DNA of 64,000 nucleotides from Candidatus Neptunichlamydia sp. (GTDB lineage Bacteria; Chlamydiota; Chlamydiia; Chlamydiales; Simkaniaceae): NCBI GenBank assembly GCA_965233865.1, contig OZ247587.1, positions 1,696,001 to 1,760,000 of the forward strand, read 5' to 3'. Shown piece by piece: positions 55,176 to 64,000 of this stretch (position 1 is its first letter; each line of letters starts with the position of its first letter). The notes under the pieces were generated by a model. It saw only the letters and a program-made list of their open reading frames with translations, ran no database searches and was not told where the DNA came from. The position numbers and the translations under genes were made by a program.

Positions 55176-55874
55176 TTATTTAGGGAGCATTCCAAGAGAG
55201 GCAAAGGCTTCTTTAAGCTCCTCGTTGTCGGCTTTGTCGAGGGCTCCATTTTCGTGGAGCCAGCGGACGTATCCGGGGGGCATTTCTTTGAGCGGAGTGC
55301 CACGATGTTTGCCGAAGGGCATGTGGCGGAGAGTTTGTTTTTGCTCCATGAGCTCAATGATTGTTTCCATCGTAAGGTCGTCGATCATAAGGGAAAAGAC
55401 CTGGTAGAGAACAATCACATCGTCAAGCGCGCGGTGAGCATTATTTGCCACAACCCCGTGGTATTCTCTGAGGTGCTGGAGGGAGTGGCGTGGAAGATCA
55501 GGGCGGTATTTACGAGAAAATTTGAGCGAGTCAATAAAGGGCCAGCTAGGAAAGGGGACATCATTTCTCTCAAACTCATTTTTGATAAAGGGTTTGTCAA
55601 AGGAATCATTGTTGTGGGCAATTAGTACGACTTCTTCGGAACAAAAGGAGGTGAACTTTTTGGCGACTTCTCCAAAGGAGGGAGCTTCTTTAACCATTTT
55701 GTCGGTAATATTATGGATGGCACTTGCTTCTGGAGGAATGGGGCAGCCGGGATTGATCAAGCTTTCGAATGTGCGATCAAGCACAGGGTCATAGGCTGCA
55801 ATTTCGATGATCCGGTCCTTATCAGGACGGACGCCGGTTGTTTCGGTATCGTAGTAGATGGGGCGTTTTGTCAT
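55176..55874 (-). CDS. dnaQ: DEDDh 3'-5' exonuclease, DNA polymerase III epsilon-like
   Basis: DTETTG, AHNxxxFD, HRALDD, C-terminal MPFGKH domain. Confidence 0.88.
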   Translation of the reverse strand: MTKRPIYYDTETTGVRPDKDRIIEIAAYDPVLDRTFESLINPGCPIPPEASAIHNITDKMVKEAPSFGEVAKKFTSFCSEEVVLIAHNNDSFDKPFIKNEFERNDVPFPSWPFIDSLKFSRKYRPDLPRHSLQHLREYHGVVANNAHRALDDVIVLYQVFSLMIDDLTMETIIELMEQKQTLRHMPFGKHRGTPLKEMPPGYVRWLHENGALDKADNEELKEAFASLGMLPK

Positions 55875-55964
55875 ATCAGTAACTGTACCTTAAGCGATTA
55901 AAATTTGTCAAAATCCCTTTGATGGGGTATGATAAATCCTTGTTGTGAATTAAGGAATAGGATA

Positions 55965-56126
55965 ATGCGAATTGCTTTAATGCTTCTTGGTTTGGTGGCC
56001 CTATTAGTGGGATGTTACCAGGTAAGTTCGAATAGGGACGATGATCTTCGCGCAGTACCGGTAACGAACAATCCTAACATTTTACCCGACAGAGGGTTGG
56101 GGCCGATGCAATCAATGCCCTATTGA
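55965..56126 (+). CDS. Small hypothetical lipoprotein
   Basis: MRIALMLLGLVALLVGC lipobox; 53 aa. Confidence 0.7.
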   Translation: MRIALMLLGLVALLVGCYQVSSNRDDDLRAVPVTNNPNILPDRGLGPMQSMPY

Positions 56127-56182
56127 CTTCACTAGGGTTTATCATTAAGTTAAGCACAAAAGCAGGGACAGGCACGCTATCT

Positions 56183-57211
56183 ATGGCGAAAAAAACCATT
56201 CATCACGTTAAGTATAACTTCTTTGAGTCAAGTGCCGACGCAGCTGCAAAGGCGCTCGGCAAGGAAAAACTCAAGAGCATCTTGAAGGAGATGCTTCTCA
56301 TCCGTCATTTTGAGTTGCGGGCTGAATCGGCTTATCAGCAAGGAAAAGTGGGAGGATTCTTTCATGCCTACATGGGACAGGAAGCAATCCAAACTGCTGC
56401 TGTGAGTGCAATGGGGAGAGATCACAATTGGTGGATCACAACCTATCGGTGTCATGCCTTAGCAATGCTAAATGGAGCAACACCCAATGAAATGATGGCG
56501 GAGCTATACGGAAAGGTCACTGGAAATGCAATGGGAAGAGGGGGCTCGATGCATTTTTATGCAGATCGGATGCTTGGCGGCTTTGGAATTGTAGGAGGAC
56601 ATCTTCCTATTGCAACGGGAGCTGCGTTCTCTCTAAAGTATCAGAAACAAAACGGTGCTGCGGTCTGTTTTTTAGGAGATGGTGCATTTGTGCAAGGAGC
56701 GATCCATGAATCGCTTAACTTAGCATCTCTATGGAACCTCCCATGTATTTATGTGATTGAAAACAATCAATGGGGAATGGGAACTGCTGTGAATCGGGCT
56801 CTTTGTGTACAACCAATTGCGGAGCATTTTGCTCCTGCTTATGGAATGAAATCTTATACTTTGGATGGGATGGACTTTCTGAGTTGTTATGGAGGGTTCC
56901 ACCACATTTATGAAGAGGTTAGAAAAACAGGAAGGCCTGTATTGGTTGAAGCGGTGACCGAGCGTTTTCGAGGACATTCCATTTCTGATCCCGCTCTGTA
57001 CAGGAGCAAGGAAGAGCTTGAAGAAGCAAAAAACCGTGATCCAATTCATCTTTTTGCAAACGAGCTTAAGAAGCGCAAATTGATTAATGACAAAGAATTT
57101 GAAGCAATGGACAAAGAGCAAAAAGAGACTGTGATTGCTTCGATGAAGTTTGCTGAAGAAAGCTCAGACCCAGATGTGACCACACTTGAGGAGGATGTTT
57201 TTGCCCCATGA
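56183..57211 (+). CDS. pdhA: Pyruvate dehydrogenase E1 alpha
   Basis: GFFHAYMGQEA, GRGGSMH, GDGA...ENN, RGHSISDP. Confidence 0.96.
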   Translation: MAKKTIHHVKYNFFESSADAAAKALGKEKLKSILKEMLLIRHFELRAESAYQQGKVGGFFHAYMGQEAIQTAAVSAMGRDHNWWITTYRCHALAMLNGATPNEMMAELYGKVTGNAMGRGGSMHFYADRMLGGFGIVGGHLPIATGAAFSLKYQKQNGAAVCFLGDGAFVQGAIHESLNLASLWNLPCIYVIENNQWGMGTAVNRALCVQPIAEHFAPAYGMKSYTLDGMDFLSCYGGFHHIYEEVRKTGRPVLVEAVTERFRGHSISDPALYRSKEELEEAKNRDPIHLFANELKKRKLINDKEFEAMDKEQKETVIASMKFAEESSDPDVTTLEEDVFAP

Positions 57212-58203
57212 GTGATAAAATGCAGACAGTAGAGTTAAGAGAAGCAATTAGGCAAGCGATCGATGAAGAGATAGAGAGAGATGACAAAGTCTATCTCATG
57301 GGAGAAGAAGTTGCAGAGTACAACGGAGCCTACAAAGTCTCAAAGGGACTACTCGACAAGTGGGGACCAGATCGGATTATTGATACGCCGATTGCTGAAA
57401 ATGGATTTACAGGTCTAAGCATCGGCGCTGCCATGACGGGATTGCGCCCAATTGTTGAATTCATGAGTTTCAATTTTTCATTTGTAGCCTTTGACCAGCT
57501 TGTGTCAAATGCCTGCAAGATGCATTACATGTCCGGAAATCGCTTTAGCGTTCCTATTGTTTTTAGAGGACCCAATGGAGCAGCTGCTCAAGTGTCCTGT
57601 CAACATTCACATTGTGTTGAAGCTCTCTATGGAAATCTTCCTGGGTTTATTATTATGGCTCCGAGTAATCCTTATGATGCAAAGGGGCTGCTTAAAACAG
57701 CAATTCGGAATAACAGTCCGGTGATTTATTTAGAGAATGAACTTGATTATGGAATGAAAATGGAAATTCCTACCGAAGAGTATCTTGTACCGATTGGAAA
57801 GGCCAAGGTTCTCAGCGAGGGGAAACATCTGACTCTCGTCTCACATAGTCGCATGATTCATCACTGCCAAGTTGTGGTACAACACTACGCAAGGAAGGGG
57901 ATAGAAATCGAATTAATCGATCTTCGCACCATTAAACCGCTCGATATGGGAACAATTTGCGAATCGGTTCGAAAGACTCATTTTGCAGTTCTTGTGGAAG
58001 AAGGTCACATTTTTGCAGGGATTTCTGCAGAAATAGGCTTTCAAATCCAAGAACAGTGTTTTGATTTTTTAGATGCGCCATTAAACCGAGTCTGTCAACT
58101 AGAAACGCCTCTCCCTTATAACAAAGTACTCGAAAGAGAGTCCCAGCCCAATCCAGAACGTATTATGGCTGCAATCGACGAAACCTTACACCGTAGGAGC
58201 TGA
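57208..58203 (+). CDS. pdhB: Pyruvate dehydrogenase E1 beta
   Basis: GEEVAEYNGAYK, DTPIAE, FRGPNG, QHS. Confidence 0.97.
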   Translation: MSDKMQTVELREAIRQAIDEEIERDDKVYLMGEEVAEYNGAYKVSKGLLDKWGPDRIIDTPIAENGFTGLSIGAAMTGLRPIVEFMSFNFSFVAFDQLVSNACKMHYMSGNRFSVPIVFRGPNGAAAQVSCQHSHCVEALYGNLPGFIIMAPSNPYDAKGLLKTAIRNNSPVIYLENELDYGMKMEIPTEEYLVPIGKAKVLSEGKHLTLVSHSRMIHHCQVVVQHYARKGIEIELIDLRTIKPLDMGTICESVRKTHFAVLVEEGHIFAGISAEIGFQIQEQCFDFLDAPLNRVCQLETPLPYNKVLERESQPNPERIMAAIDETLHRRS

Positions 58204-58208
58204 TAACC

Positions 58209-59498
58209 ATGCCGTTTACCCTCACCATGCCGAAACTCACACCTACAATGGAAGGGGGAACCATTGTCAAGTGGCACAAAAAAGAAGGAGAATCAGTCAA
58301 AGACGGAGATCTTCTTTTTGAAGTAGCAACCGATAAAGCAACTGTTGAACATAACGCTCTTGACGGAGGTTACTTGCGAAAAATTCTTGTGCACGAAGGA
58401 GAGGAAACTCTCGTGAATCAAGCTGTTGCTGTTTTTACCGAGGTAGAAGATGAGAATATTGAAGGGTATCAGCCCGAAGGGCTCAAACAAGAAGAGTTAG
58501 AGACCTCTACTGAGGAAACAGGAACTGTAGAAATGGCCACTCCAGCGGCAAAAAAAGGAGGCGGGGTCATGTCGCAAGTTGCATTTCCGATTGAGCCGCC
58601 ACTTGAAGATTACACTTTTGAATTTGACACAGGAATGCATGAGCGCCTTGCGGCATCACCTCTTGCAAAAAAGTTAGCCAAAGAGAAAGGGATCGATTTG
58701 ACTTCCGTGAAGGGAACAGGTCCTGACGGACGGGTGATGAGTCGAGATCTGGATTTAGCGCAGCCCGATACCCCTGCAAGCTTTGGACATAAAGGATCTC
58801 CTACAGGAAAACCAGGCTCTTACGATGAAGAGATCATGTCTCCTATGCGCAAAGCTATTGGGGAAAAACTTCAAGCTTCTAAAACATTTATTCCTCATTT
58901 CTATGTTCAACAAGATGTAGATATTGAGCCGATGATCACCCTGCGTGAGCAGCTTAAAGCTGGCGGAATAAAAGTTACCTACAATGATTTTATCATGCGC
59001 GCCGCAGCACTTGCCCTTAAAGAGCATCCTGTAATGAACAGTGGATTTAATTCTGAAGGGAGTCAAATTGTTCGATTCAAGACAATTGATATCGCCGTTG
59101 CTGTGAGTATTGATGAAGGGCTTATAACTCCTATCGTGCGCCATGTCGACTATAAAAACCTTGGGCAGATTTCAGCTGAGGTGAAGCACTTAGCAGGTCT
59201 TGCCAAAGAGGGAAAACTTCAGCCTCACCAATATCGTGGAGGATCCTTCACCGTCTCGAATTTAGGAATGTTTGGAATTCATGACTTTCAAGCGATCATC
59301 AACCCCCCTCAGGTCTCGATCCTCTCAATTGGGGGAATGAGAGACTGCGCCGTTGTTAAAGATGGACAGGTTGTTCCTGGCAAGCGCATGATGCTCTCCC
59401 TCTCTAGTGACCATAGAGTAGTTGATGGGGCAGATGGAGCACGTTTCATCTGTGCAGTGCAGAAATATCTTGAAAACCCTATGATATTAATCATTTAA
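58209..59498 (+). CDS. pdhC: Pyruvate dehydrogenase E2
   Basis: Lipoyl TDKA, ASPLAKKLA, DHRVVDGA. Confidence 0.97.
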   Translation: MPFTLTMPKLTPTMEGGTIVKWHKKEGESVKDGDLLFEVATDKATVEHNALDGGYLRKILVHEGEETLVNQAVAVFTEVEDENIEGYQPEGLKQEELETSTEETGTVEMATPAAKKGGGVMSQVAFPIEPPLEDYTFEFDTGMHERLAASPLAKKLAKEKGIDLTSVKGTGPDGRVMSRDLDLAQPDTPASFGHKGSPTGKPGSYDEEIMSPMRKAIGEKLQASKTFIPHFYVQQDVDIEPMITLREQLKAGGIKVTYNDFIMRAAALALKEHPVMNSGFNSEGSQIVRFKTIDIAVAVSIDEGLITPIVRHVDYKNLGQISAEVKHLAGLAKEGKLQPHQYRGGSFTVSNLGMFGIHDFQAIINPPQVSILSIGGMRDCAVVKDGQVVPGKRMMLSLSSDHRVVDGADGARFICAVQKYLENPMILII

Positions 59499-59514
59499 AT
59501 GATTATTTCTCTTC

Positions 59515-59944
59515 TGGTTCTTGGGACGGATCGAGATGTTTGGGCAGTGAAAGCTGAACCTAGATACCTAGTAAAAGCGACCAATAACGGAGCGTCTGTG
59601 ATCTTTTAAGAAGAGCTCTTCCTCTTGACTATGCTCTAGGAGTTGCTGAGAATTGGGCGAGGAAACAAACCACGAAAAGCGTATGGGCTCGCAAAGATGC
59701 TGCGTGGAGAACACAGCCCGCTACCCAAAAACAGAAGGAAGCTCTTTCTAAGTTTGAAATCATGTTTAACGAGAATATTTCCAAGGGGCGCGCCTCCCAG
59801 CTTTTAGATAGCAGATTCAACGAGCTGGCAACAGTTAAATAGGTCTATTGGCTCAGAGCTAACGGCGTTAATATCACAGATAATATGACTAAAATGGAGG
59901 CCCAAAAAATGATATCCGGAAGGGCGCATCAAGCAAGGAGATAA
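59515..59944 (+). pseudogene. C-terminal remnant of a probable SF2 (IRC3-like) helicase
   Basis: LPLDYALGVAENW...AAWRTQPATQKQKEAL...ISKGRASQLL...ATVK*VYWL...MTKMEAQKMI; two PATxKQ...TKxEAxxxI units; frameshift and internal TAG. Confidence 0.55.
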
Positions 59945-59946
59945 TC

Positions 59947-60601
59947 ATGGCAAAGAAAAAGAGTAACACTACAGTTCCGGCCAAACCTTCTGATGAAGAA
60001 GTACAACTTGTTTGTTCCTGGTGGGAAGGGAAATTAGCCTTAGATAATGGGTTAAAAGTTGAAATGGATCTAAATAGTGGTATCAAATTTGAGTTAGACT
60101 GTATGTCTCTTGAAGAAGAGGGGTATGGGAACTTGCTATGTGCAAAGGTGTTTTAAACTTTTGGAGTTCATAGCATTGGGATCGCATATTCAGCTTTTGT
60201 TGACTGCATTAACTGCATCCTTACAGGTTCTAACGAGTTAGAGGGGAAGAATCCGGATGAAATCAAACGGATTTTCCAAAGATGGTGCACAAATGTTTTA
60301 AGTCTTCTTTCAAGAACTTGGTCCGAGAGACGCGCAGGAGCTCATGATAGTGACGAAGATGATCATCTTAGACCACCTATCTAACTGTGAGTTTATATCC
60401 GGATCCTATCGTTCTGATGAACAAAAAAGAACCCACCGACAATCGCGGGGAGTTAAACTATCGCGACTCCTTCTTGAGTTTAAGGAAAAGCTCGATAAAC
60501 ACCGACGGCCTCATCAACAGATCAATGTCCAGCATAATCATGTTTACAATAAAGGGCAGGCAATCATTGGCTCCCACATCAATGGAAGGGGGGGTAGGTA
60601 A
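59947..60601 (+). pseudogene. Hypothetical gene of the type found upstream of HGGxSTG genes, with one stop and one frameshift
   Basis: Frame stays open past TAA 60154-60156, shifts near 60309 into PRDAQELMIVTKM...QQINVQHNHVYNKGQAIIG. Confidence 0.7.
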
Positions 60602-60620
60602 AAAATTTCAATAGAATCTC

Positions 60621-60854
60621 ATGGAAGGAATAAAAATGACCCAATGCAGAGCAAAAAGTAAAAGAAGCGGCGTCCAATGCAAGAAGCATGCTGTCAAAGG
60701 GAAAGCAGTCTGTCGCATCTATGGAGCCTATGCGGGACCGGAACGTATTAAGGAGTCCAAAACAAAGCATGGAATGTTTACAAAAGAAGCTTTTCAGGAT
60801 AGGGCAAGGCATAGAGATTTTTTAAGAGAGTGCAGAAATTGTCTATCTTATTAA
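60621..60854 (+). CDS. Degenerate HGGxSTG-domain protein
   Basis: CRAKSKRSGVQC...CRIYGAYAGP...KHG; His replaced by Tyr and short deletion relative to the usual pattern. Confidence 0.7.
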   Translation: MEGIKMTQCRAKSKRSGVQCKKHAVKGKAVCRIYGAYAGPERIKESKTKHGMFTKEAFQDRARHRDFLRECRNCLSY

Positions 60855-61413
60855 AAACGTTGTATCATGTCATTAACTCCTGATAAAATCAGGCCTGTCC
60901 CAAGCGTCTGCGTAATTCCACTTGGGATTATGCAAAGTAATCCACCAGCAAGTGCTTTACAGAATCCTATAGCTACCCCATCGGGGACTTGGACCTCTTT
61001 TTTGTTTTTCTTTTTTTTCACTTGGATTATTTTAGGGCGGTATTCAGAGTGGGAAGAAAAAGAGGCATTCCTGATTTCATTGCTTTCTTTTGACAAAACT
61101 AATTCATATAAATCCTCAACAAAATTCCTATCTAAGGAGATACCTTGGCTCTCTGTATCTTCAAAAGTTTTTTCGAAAATTACAGAGAGGAGAGGAACGT
61201 TGTATCCTTTCTCGACGAGTAATCCTCGAGCTTTATATAAATCTTCAACAGCCCCTTCGAGTGAAAAATCTCCATCAACAAAAGTAAGACAATCTAAAAC
61301 CTTGTGACACAAATCTCTTTCCTTTACTTCTTGGCCAATAGTTCTGATGTTCATTGAAGATAAAGGAGAGATGAACGCAATTAAAGAAAAAAAAACGTCG
61401 CCAAGAACTTCAT
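60851..61413 (-). pseudogene. Exported hypothetical protein frameshifted in a T9 tract
   Basis: One extra base at 61387-61395 joins MKFLATFFF to SLIAFISPLSSMNIRT and the 167-aa ORF; Gly-rich hydrophobic C-terminus. Confidence 0.65.
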
Positions 61414-61424
61414 GTTAACTCCCA

Positions 61425-61622
61425 TCAAAGTAATCTCGATAAAATGACTAAACCAATTGCCGAACCTACACCACCTATTAAAAGAGAAACAGCCCCCCAT
61501 AGTTTACTGAAACTTTGTATTTTTCCTTTTAGTCCAAGCATCCACAGCGCCTTAGATATGGCATAAGTAGAAAAAGTGAAGAGAAGAACAAAGACAATGG
61601 TTTTGAAAATCTCGTACTGCAT
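61425..61622 (-). CDS. Small two-TM membrane protein
   Basis: 65 aa, two hydrophobic helices, ends just before the next gene start. Confidence 0.55.
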   Translation of the reverse strand: MQYEIFKTIVFVLLFTFSTYAISKALWMLGLKGKIQSFSKLWGAVSLLIGGVGSAIGLVILSRLL

Positions 61623-61723
61623 AACAAGTTTCCGTGTTCGTTAAAGATCAAATAATAACTTACTTCTTCAATTTAACACAACTCTACCTTCGGCTTGACT
61701 ATCCAGCGTGATTAAAGTAGCAT

Positions 61724-61951
61724 GTGACTACCAATGTCGAGGCGAAGAAGTCTATGCCAAAAAAAGTTGCTGTAAGAAATCACAAAAGAGTCTCTGTATG
61801 CCTGTCTGAGGATCAACTCAATAAGGTCGAGAAGATGGCGATCAAATTATCCCAAGAAGAGGGGAAAATTGTTACCATATCTGAGGCAATAAGAAGAGCC
61901 GTTGAGGTTTGCTACCCCATCATGAAACAGGGGACGTTTTTAGATGGCTAA
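61724..61951 (+). CDS. Ribbon-helix-helix (CopG-like) DNA-binding protein
   Basis: RVSVCLSEDQLNKVEKMA...TISEAIRRAV; start may be 61754. Confidence 0.65.
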   Translation: MTTNVEAKKSMPKKVAVRNHKRVSVCLSEDQLNKVEKMAIKLSQEEGKIVTISEAIRRAVEVCYPIMKQGTFLDG

Positions 61952-62039
61952 AGACACACACTCGTCTTCCCCGTTCCACCTTTAAACGACGACGCTACGA
62001 CGGTAATCATGACCATCCTTTTCCATAGACTAACCAGCA

Positions 62040-62060
62040 AATGTAACACAGTGTTACATT
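62040..62060. repeat. Perfect 10-bp inverted repeat
   Basis: AATGTAACAC-A-GTGTTACATT. Confidence 0.75.
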
Positions 62061-62362
62061 GCATTCACAAAAAAAAAGTTACCCTAAATCCGAGATGTTG
62101 GTCAAGAAAATGTCACAAAGGTCTTTGCAAATGAAAAGAATTTGTTGTTTCAAAAAATATTTTTTTGGTTTATACTATCAAAAATAGCTTAAAATGATTA
62201 TAAGTCTTTTCAAGCCATTTTACACTCCCGCAATCCCATCACAAAACTAATGCTCAAGTAACGCAACACAACGCAAATCTGAGCCTTGTTTTTGTGAGTC
62301 TTCCCAAAATTTCTCGTTATGCTACTCTTTCCCTCAAAACAACATGCTAAAAGGAGAATGAA

Positions 62363-62602
62363 ATGTCTGCAGTAACAAAATTGACTAATACAGTGGCTAC
62401 CCAAACAACGCCATTCGGTGAGATTATTGAAGAGCCCTTTCAAGAAAAAACACCATCTGAAAAAGAAATGCCTAAATTGTCAAAATACAGCCTTTTGGAC
62501 CTTAGCAACGGTAAAAATCCATATTCAATTTGTTTTTCATGCTATCAGGTTGCCTTAAAAACCCTTATTGCTAAAAAGGGGGAAGAGGAAGTTTTTTCTT
62601 AG
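62363..62602 (+). CDS. Hypothetical protein, probably truncated
   Basis: AAGGAG RBS, Thr/Ser-rich N-terminus, stops where the ParB-like fragment begins. Confidence 0.45.
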   Translation: MSAVTKLTNTVATQTTPFGEIIEEPFQEKTPSEKEMPKLSKYSLLDLSNGKNPYSICFSCYQVALKTLIAKKGEEEVFS

Positions 62603-62978
62603 GTGTATGCATGGCACCATGAGACAAACCAGCATCTTTTGCGAGTAAACGATCCGTGTTCTCAGAGTAATTTCTATCTGCAGGATCTTCTATCAAGTCT
62701 TTTTTAGAAAATGTATGCCCCAATGTTGGGGCAGACTTGTTAAAATAAATACCACCATTTTCTCCACCTTTCTTCCTACCCTCATCGGCTTTTTTCTTAT
62801 TAAGAGATAAAATCCTTTCTTTCTTCATAAGAGCGTATCTCCCTCTGCAGAATTCAGTTATATTTCGCTTCATCTCGCATTGGTTGTCGATCATCTAGAT
62901 TTCAGCTTCTTCTTGATATTCGAACTCATAAGCCACAGTCTTGTACGTTAAACCATGCTTCTTACAAATCTTCAGCCG
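62603..62978 (-). pseudogene. ParB-like/HTH mobile-element gene remnant
   Basis: RLKICKKHGLTY...EEAEI*MIDNQCEMKRNIT...LAKDAGLSHG resembles ParB-like R..IC...W.I.NQ..RRNLT proteins; TAG at the Trp position. Confidence 0.6.
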
Positions 62979-63116
62979 AGCAAATTGCTGCAAAGACAGC
63001 TTACGAAAAGCTTGTTCCTAAACCGTGACTGTAGAAAACCATTGCTTAAATAATACATAAAGAATTGCATTTTTGTTTTTCAAATCTTAATAATACTCAA
63101 TAACTTGGAGATGAAA

Positions 63117-63882
63117 ATGACAGTTCAGTTAACAGCAAAAAATATAGATGACTTTTCTCAAATAGAAGAAGGATTAGATTGCTTTAAAGACCCAGTTACT
63201 TTTGGAGTAATGGGGCACAAGCCGCAAGTATTGCCATGTGGTCATACATTTGAAGAAGACACCATTCAAAAAGTTTTTTGAATATGTCGAAAGAGCTATT
63301 CTAGATGCTCACCAACGCGGAATACGTCCAGAAGAGCCACCAGAACCAAAATGTCCGTTCTGCAAAAAAGACATCTCTCCTGAGTATATGCCTATACCAA
63401 ATATCAACCTTAGGCAAGCTATAGAAACGATAGGATCAAGGGTTTTACCATCCCTTCAAAGCGAACAACAAGAAAAGACAGTCTACAAAGACGCATTAAA
63501 CCAAGACGTCCAACAACTTGCTGTATAAATAGTTAAGGAAAATTCTCGAATCACTAATCTTGAAAAAGAAAACGTCGTTCTTGAAGATAGATGCCAAACG
63601 GCTGAAGGAGAAAACAAAGCCCTAACTGAGCAAAGGAACAAACTATCTTTGGAACTTTCTGAAACTCACCTCAATGATTTGACTGCAGATATTCAAAAAT
63701 TAGACACGTCAATATTCAGAAAAGAAGTAATGAGCATTGGAACGGCTGTTGGAAGTATTTTTTAGATGATGTTCTTGCCGTTTGTAGGAGGTCCTGTTGG
63801 GTTTACTGCTGGTGTTGCAGTACCCTGTGCGGGCTTTGCAGTATGTGATAAGATTGACGAATCTACGAGAAAAATATTATGA
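63117..63882 (+). pseudogene. U-box protein with coiled coil and hydrophobic C-terminus; one frameshift and two stops
   Basis: FKDPVTFGVM...PQVLPCGHTFEEDTIQK, shift near 63270-63279, CPFCKKDI...PNINLRQAIE; frame continues past TAA 63526 and TAG 63763 to TGA 63882. Confidence 0.85.
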
Positions 63883-63909
63883 ACCTTAAAGCTCAAGAAA
63901 GGGTTTAAA

Positions 63910-64000
63910 ATGAGCCCTTCAGTAAATGTAATTCCAAAAGCAAACTAGTCATGTTCAATTTGTTTAGAGATAATGAATGGCCAAGAAGATACAAATGGGA
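63910..64000 (+). pseudogene. Start of a second RING-like gene with internal stop, cut by the window end
   Basis: MSPSVNVIPKAN*SCSICLEIM, parallel to MQPVNNQKYTCCICLDDI. Confidence 0.5.

Larger units (their letters stand above)
59499..64000. mobile_element. Decayed integrative/plasmid-like region, right end outside the window
   Basis: Abrupt change after the pdhC stop to fragments of mobile-element-type genes with many stops and frameshifts. Confidence 0.7.

Noticed and set aside
59499..64000. Stop-codon reassignment explaining in-frame TAG/TAA
   Set aside because: Core genes end at TAA, TAG and TGA normally, RF1 is intact, and the same genes also carry frameshifts

Overview
Chromosomal segment of an environmental member of the phylum Chlamydiota, probably Simkaniaceae-like. 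The inference rests on chlamydial gene orders (rpmE-prfA-prmC-ffh-rpsP-trmD-rplS-rnhB-yicC-gmk-rpoZ-metG; ihf-hyp-accA-msbA-dnaQ; tilS-ftsH-pnp-rpsO-tadA) and the long chlamydia-type FtsH. Roughly 85% is housekeeping. Accessory DNA lies in four places. (1) IS630 debris between ftsH and pnp. (2) IS630 and IS5 debris after metG. (3) A 2.3-kb integrase-less island in tRNA-Asn with both att cores, a 21-bp repeat resembling integrase arm sites, an IS5 element interrupting an ORF, and an intact eukaryote-like RING-H2 ubiquitin-ligase gene with a C-terminal membrane anchor; an AT-rich fatty acid desaturase gene follows it. (4) A decayed mobile-element relic from pdhC to the window end, with a helicase tail, an HGGxSTG gene pair, an RHH regulator, a ParB-like gene, a U-box pseudogene and the start of a second RING-like pseudogene. 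The best candidate for something new is that small integrative elements shuttle RING/U-box ligase effector genes in this lineage. Also notable are a rhomboid lacking both catalytic residues, an LpxT-like enzyme coupled to lptFG, and an L,D-transpeptidase. No CRISPR array or rRNA was seen. All calls are by eye; no database searches were run.
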